DNA of 64,000 bases. Origin: Candidatus Eiseniibacteriota bacterium. Its GTDB lineage: Bacteria > Eisenbacteria > RBG-16-71-46 > JABDJR01. This document shows positions 62,117-64,000 of this stretch, in pieces. The DNA is taken from assembly GCA_963783375.1 (NCBI GenBank), contig CAWANH010000028.1, positions 1 to 64,000 on the forward strand, given 5' to 3'. Within the stretch, counting starts at the first letter, position 1. Each line of letters starts with the position of its first letter. Made by a program: the position numbers and the translations under genes. The notes beneath the pieces are model-generated. The model saw only the letters and a list, made by a program, of their open reading frames with translations. It had not been told where the DNA came from and did not search any database.

Positions 62117-63328
62117 ATGACACGTATGAGAATGCTCCTGCCGCTCTTCGGGCTGGCCGTCGTGGCCGCCGCGATTCCCGCCGCGTCGAGCGCGGCGACC
62201 TCGAAGTACGCGAATTTCGACGAGGCCCTCGCCGCGGGGGGCGACCTGCAGAAACCCGTCCTGATCGACTTCTTCACCGAGTGGTGAGGCTCCTGTAAAG
62301 CGTTCGCCCGGGCGGCGGACTCCGACAGCAACATCCAGGATGCCTTGAGCGGGTTCGTGTTCCATCCCGTCGACGCCGAGAAGGGTGAGGGCGTGGAACT
62401 GGCCGAGAAGTACGGAATCATCGGCTACCCCACCTACGTCGTGGTCAACGCCGATGGAACCACCCTCGACCGGTGGGTCGGCTACGAGAAGAAGGCGTGG
62501 ATCGCCTCCGCGGACCAGGCCGTCGCCGATCCGACCACCATCGACGAGAAGATCGCGCGGTACCAGGCCCACCCCACCGCGGCCGACGCGGTCCGGCTCG
62601 CCGGCTACCACGACTCCAAGGGGGAGTATCCGGACGCGGTGAAGCTCTACCGCGCCGCCGCCCACCTCGATCCCTCCTCCGTCGACGCCTACCGGATGTC
62701 GATCTTCAAGTCGACGTTCTACGGGGTGCGGGAGGAGAATTTCTCCGTGGACGACCTCCGGGCCGCGGGGGACGCGGTGTTCGCGGAGAAGGAGCCCAAG
62801 CCGGGGGACCTCCTCGACGTGGCGATGCTCATGGGTCTCGCCGCTTCGGGCTCCGATGGGAAGCTCGACCCCATTCCCTACGTGAAGCGGGCGATCGAGG
62901 AGACGGATGGATCCACCGATCCCGGGGTGGTGAGAGCACGGACCCAACTTCTTCCCGACTACGCCCTCCACGTCCTGAAGGACTCAGAGAAGGCCGTGGC
63001 CTACGAGAAGGCGTCCATGCCGGAGAAGTGGACGGAGGATCCGGGCCTGCTCAACGGCTTCGCCTGGTGGTGCTTCGAGAACATGGTGAATCTCGAGGAG
63101 GCGGAGAACCTGGCCCGGAAGGCGGTCGACCTGGCCGCTCCGGGCCGGGAGAAGGCGATGATCCTCGACACCCTGGCGGAGATCTGCAACGCCCGGGGCG
63201 ACTGCGATCAGGCGCTCTCGCTCAGCCGGCAGGCGTCCCAGGAAGACCCCAAGAGCAAGCACTATCCGGCCCAGATCGAACGCTTCCAGAAACTGTCCGA
63301 GCAGAAAGCGAACGGAGAGGGACGCTGA
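62117..63328 (+). CDS. Exported thioredoxin-fold plus TPR protein with in-frame TGA (62285-62287), probable selenocysteine (UxxC)
   Basis: Signal peptide, KPVLIDFFTEW-TGA-GSCK, then VDAEKGEG..YGIIGYPT in the same frame; TPR tail LNGFAW..ILDTLAE; 403 aa with readthrough. Confidence 0.82.
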
Positions 63329-63444
63329 TCGGGGTCTGATCCGCCCGGCCGCAGGCTTCAGCGTTTCGCGACGAGTTGAACGGTCCGCTCAGGCGGGCCG
63401 TTCCTCTGTTTACGGGACGCGCCGGGATGGGGGAATATGTTGCG

Positions 63445-63591
63445 ATGATTCTGGGGTTCATTCTCACCGGGGCCGCTCTCCTCCTGATGCTGGTCACCGC
63501 GTTCCTGCAGATTCGCCGGGTGGACCGGACCATCGAGCGCGTGGACCGGGAGCTGGCCAAACGCCCGCCGGACCCGGAGTCCGGCTCGTGA
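63445..63591 (+). CDS. Small single-TM protein coupled to the permease
   Basis: MILGFILTGAALLLMLVTAFLQ; its stop overlaps the GTG of the next gene. Confidence 0.5.
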   Translation: MILGFILTGAALLLMLVTAFLQIRRVDRTIERVDRELAKRPPDPESGS

Positions 63592-64000
63592 AGGATCGGC
63601 CGAACCTGGTGGTGGGCGAGACCCACCTGAGCCGGGACCTCAAAGAGTTCGACATCACCATGATCGGGGTGGGGGCGATGATCGGGGCGGGGATCTTCGT
63701 CCTGACCGGCTCGGCGGCGGGAACCGCGGGACCCGCCCTCCTGCTCGCCTTCGCCCTGAACGCGGTGGTCACGATCTTCACCGCCATGGTCTACGCGGAG
63801 TTGGGATCGGCCATCCCCGAGGCCGGCGGCGGCTACCTCTGGATCAAGGACTCCATGGGCAACTCCCAGGGGTTTCTGGCCGGCTGGATGTCCTGGTTCT
63901 CCCACGCGGTGGCCGGGGCCCTCTACGCCCTGGGCTTCGGCTCCTACTTCGCGCTCCTCCTCAAGGACCTGCACCTGACTTCGGCGGGGATCCCCCATCT
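63588..64000 (+). CDS. APC-family amino acid permease (5' part, runs off the window)
   Basis: LSRDL..TMIGVGAMIGAGIFVLTG..AGP..YAELGSAIPEAGGGY. Confidence 0.88.
   Translation, partial: MKDRPNLVVGETHLSRDLKEFDITMIGVGAMIGAGIFVLTGSAAGTAGPALLLAFALNAVVTIFTAMVYAELGSAIPEAGGGYLWIKDSMGNSQGFLAGWMSWFSHAVAGALYALGFGSYFALLLKDLHLTSAGIPH

Noticed and set aside
62285-62287. TGA as a true stop, or as Trp/Gly recoding
   Set aside because: TGA terminates most other genes in the window, so the code is standard; its position at the catalytic Cys with an intact downstream frame favours Sec

Overview
High-GC bacterial genomic window. The FlgD-Ig-tailed secreted protein, DUF5916, DUF3857 pair and ECF/Ser-Thr kinase pair suggest an FCB-related candidate lineage (inference only). 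Bases 0.3-15 kb carry an anaerobic aromatic-degradation operon: had-oah-dch-SDR-TetR-bcrCBAD, a LeuA-like synthase and 4-hydroxybenzoyl-CoA reductase hcrCAB. A perfect PaaR-type palindromic operator precedes it and a TRAP transporter follows. The rest is accessory and envelope genes: rhomboid, a cholesterol-dependent-cytolysin-like lipoprotein, a di-heme cytochrome-TPR protein, a transglutaminase pair, CobO, ECF+STK, a PAS hybrid kinase, YtrA-GntR/ABC operons, GT-C glycosyltransferases, MATE, APC permeases, glycerate kinase and dehydrogenase, MscL, a ferredoxin and a fused LeuD-LeuC. Highlights: (1) an exported thioredoxin-TPR protein with an in-frame TGA exactly in the W-x-G-S-C active site, probably a selenoprotein that the ORF track splits; (2) a dispersed, highly structured ~140-170 nt element in 3 copies with compensatory stem changes, interleaved with a 45-bp palindromic repeat; (3) an unassigned ~180-nt structured RNA candidate; (4) a solo CDC-like pore-former with a LamG-like tail. 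About nine single-base indels break genes, most likely assembly errors. All family calls come from motif recognition by eye; no searches were run.
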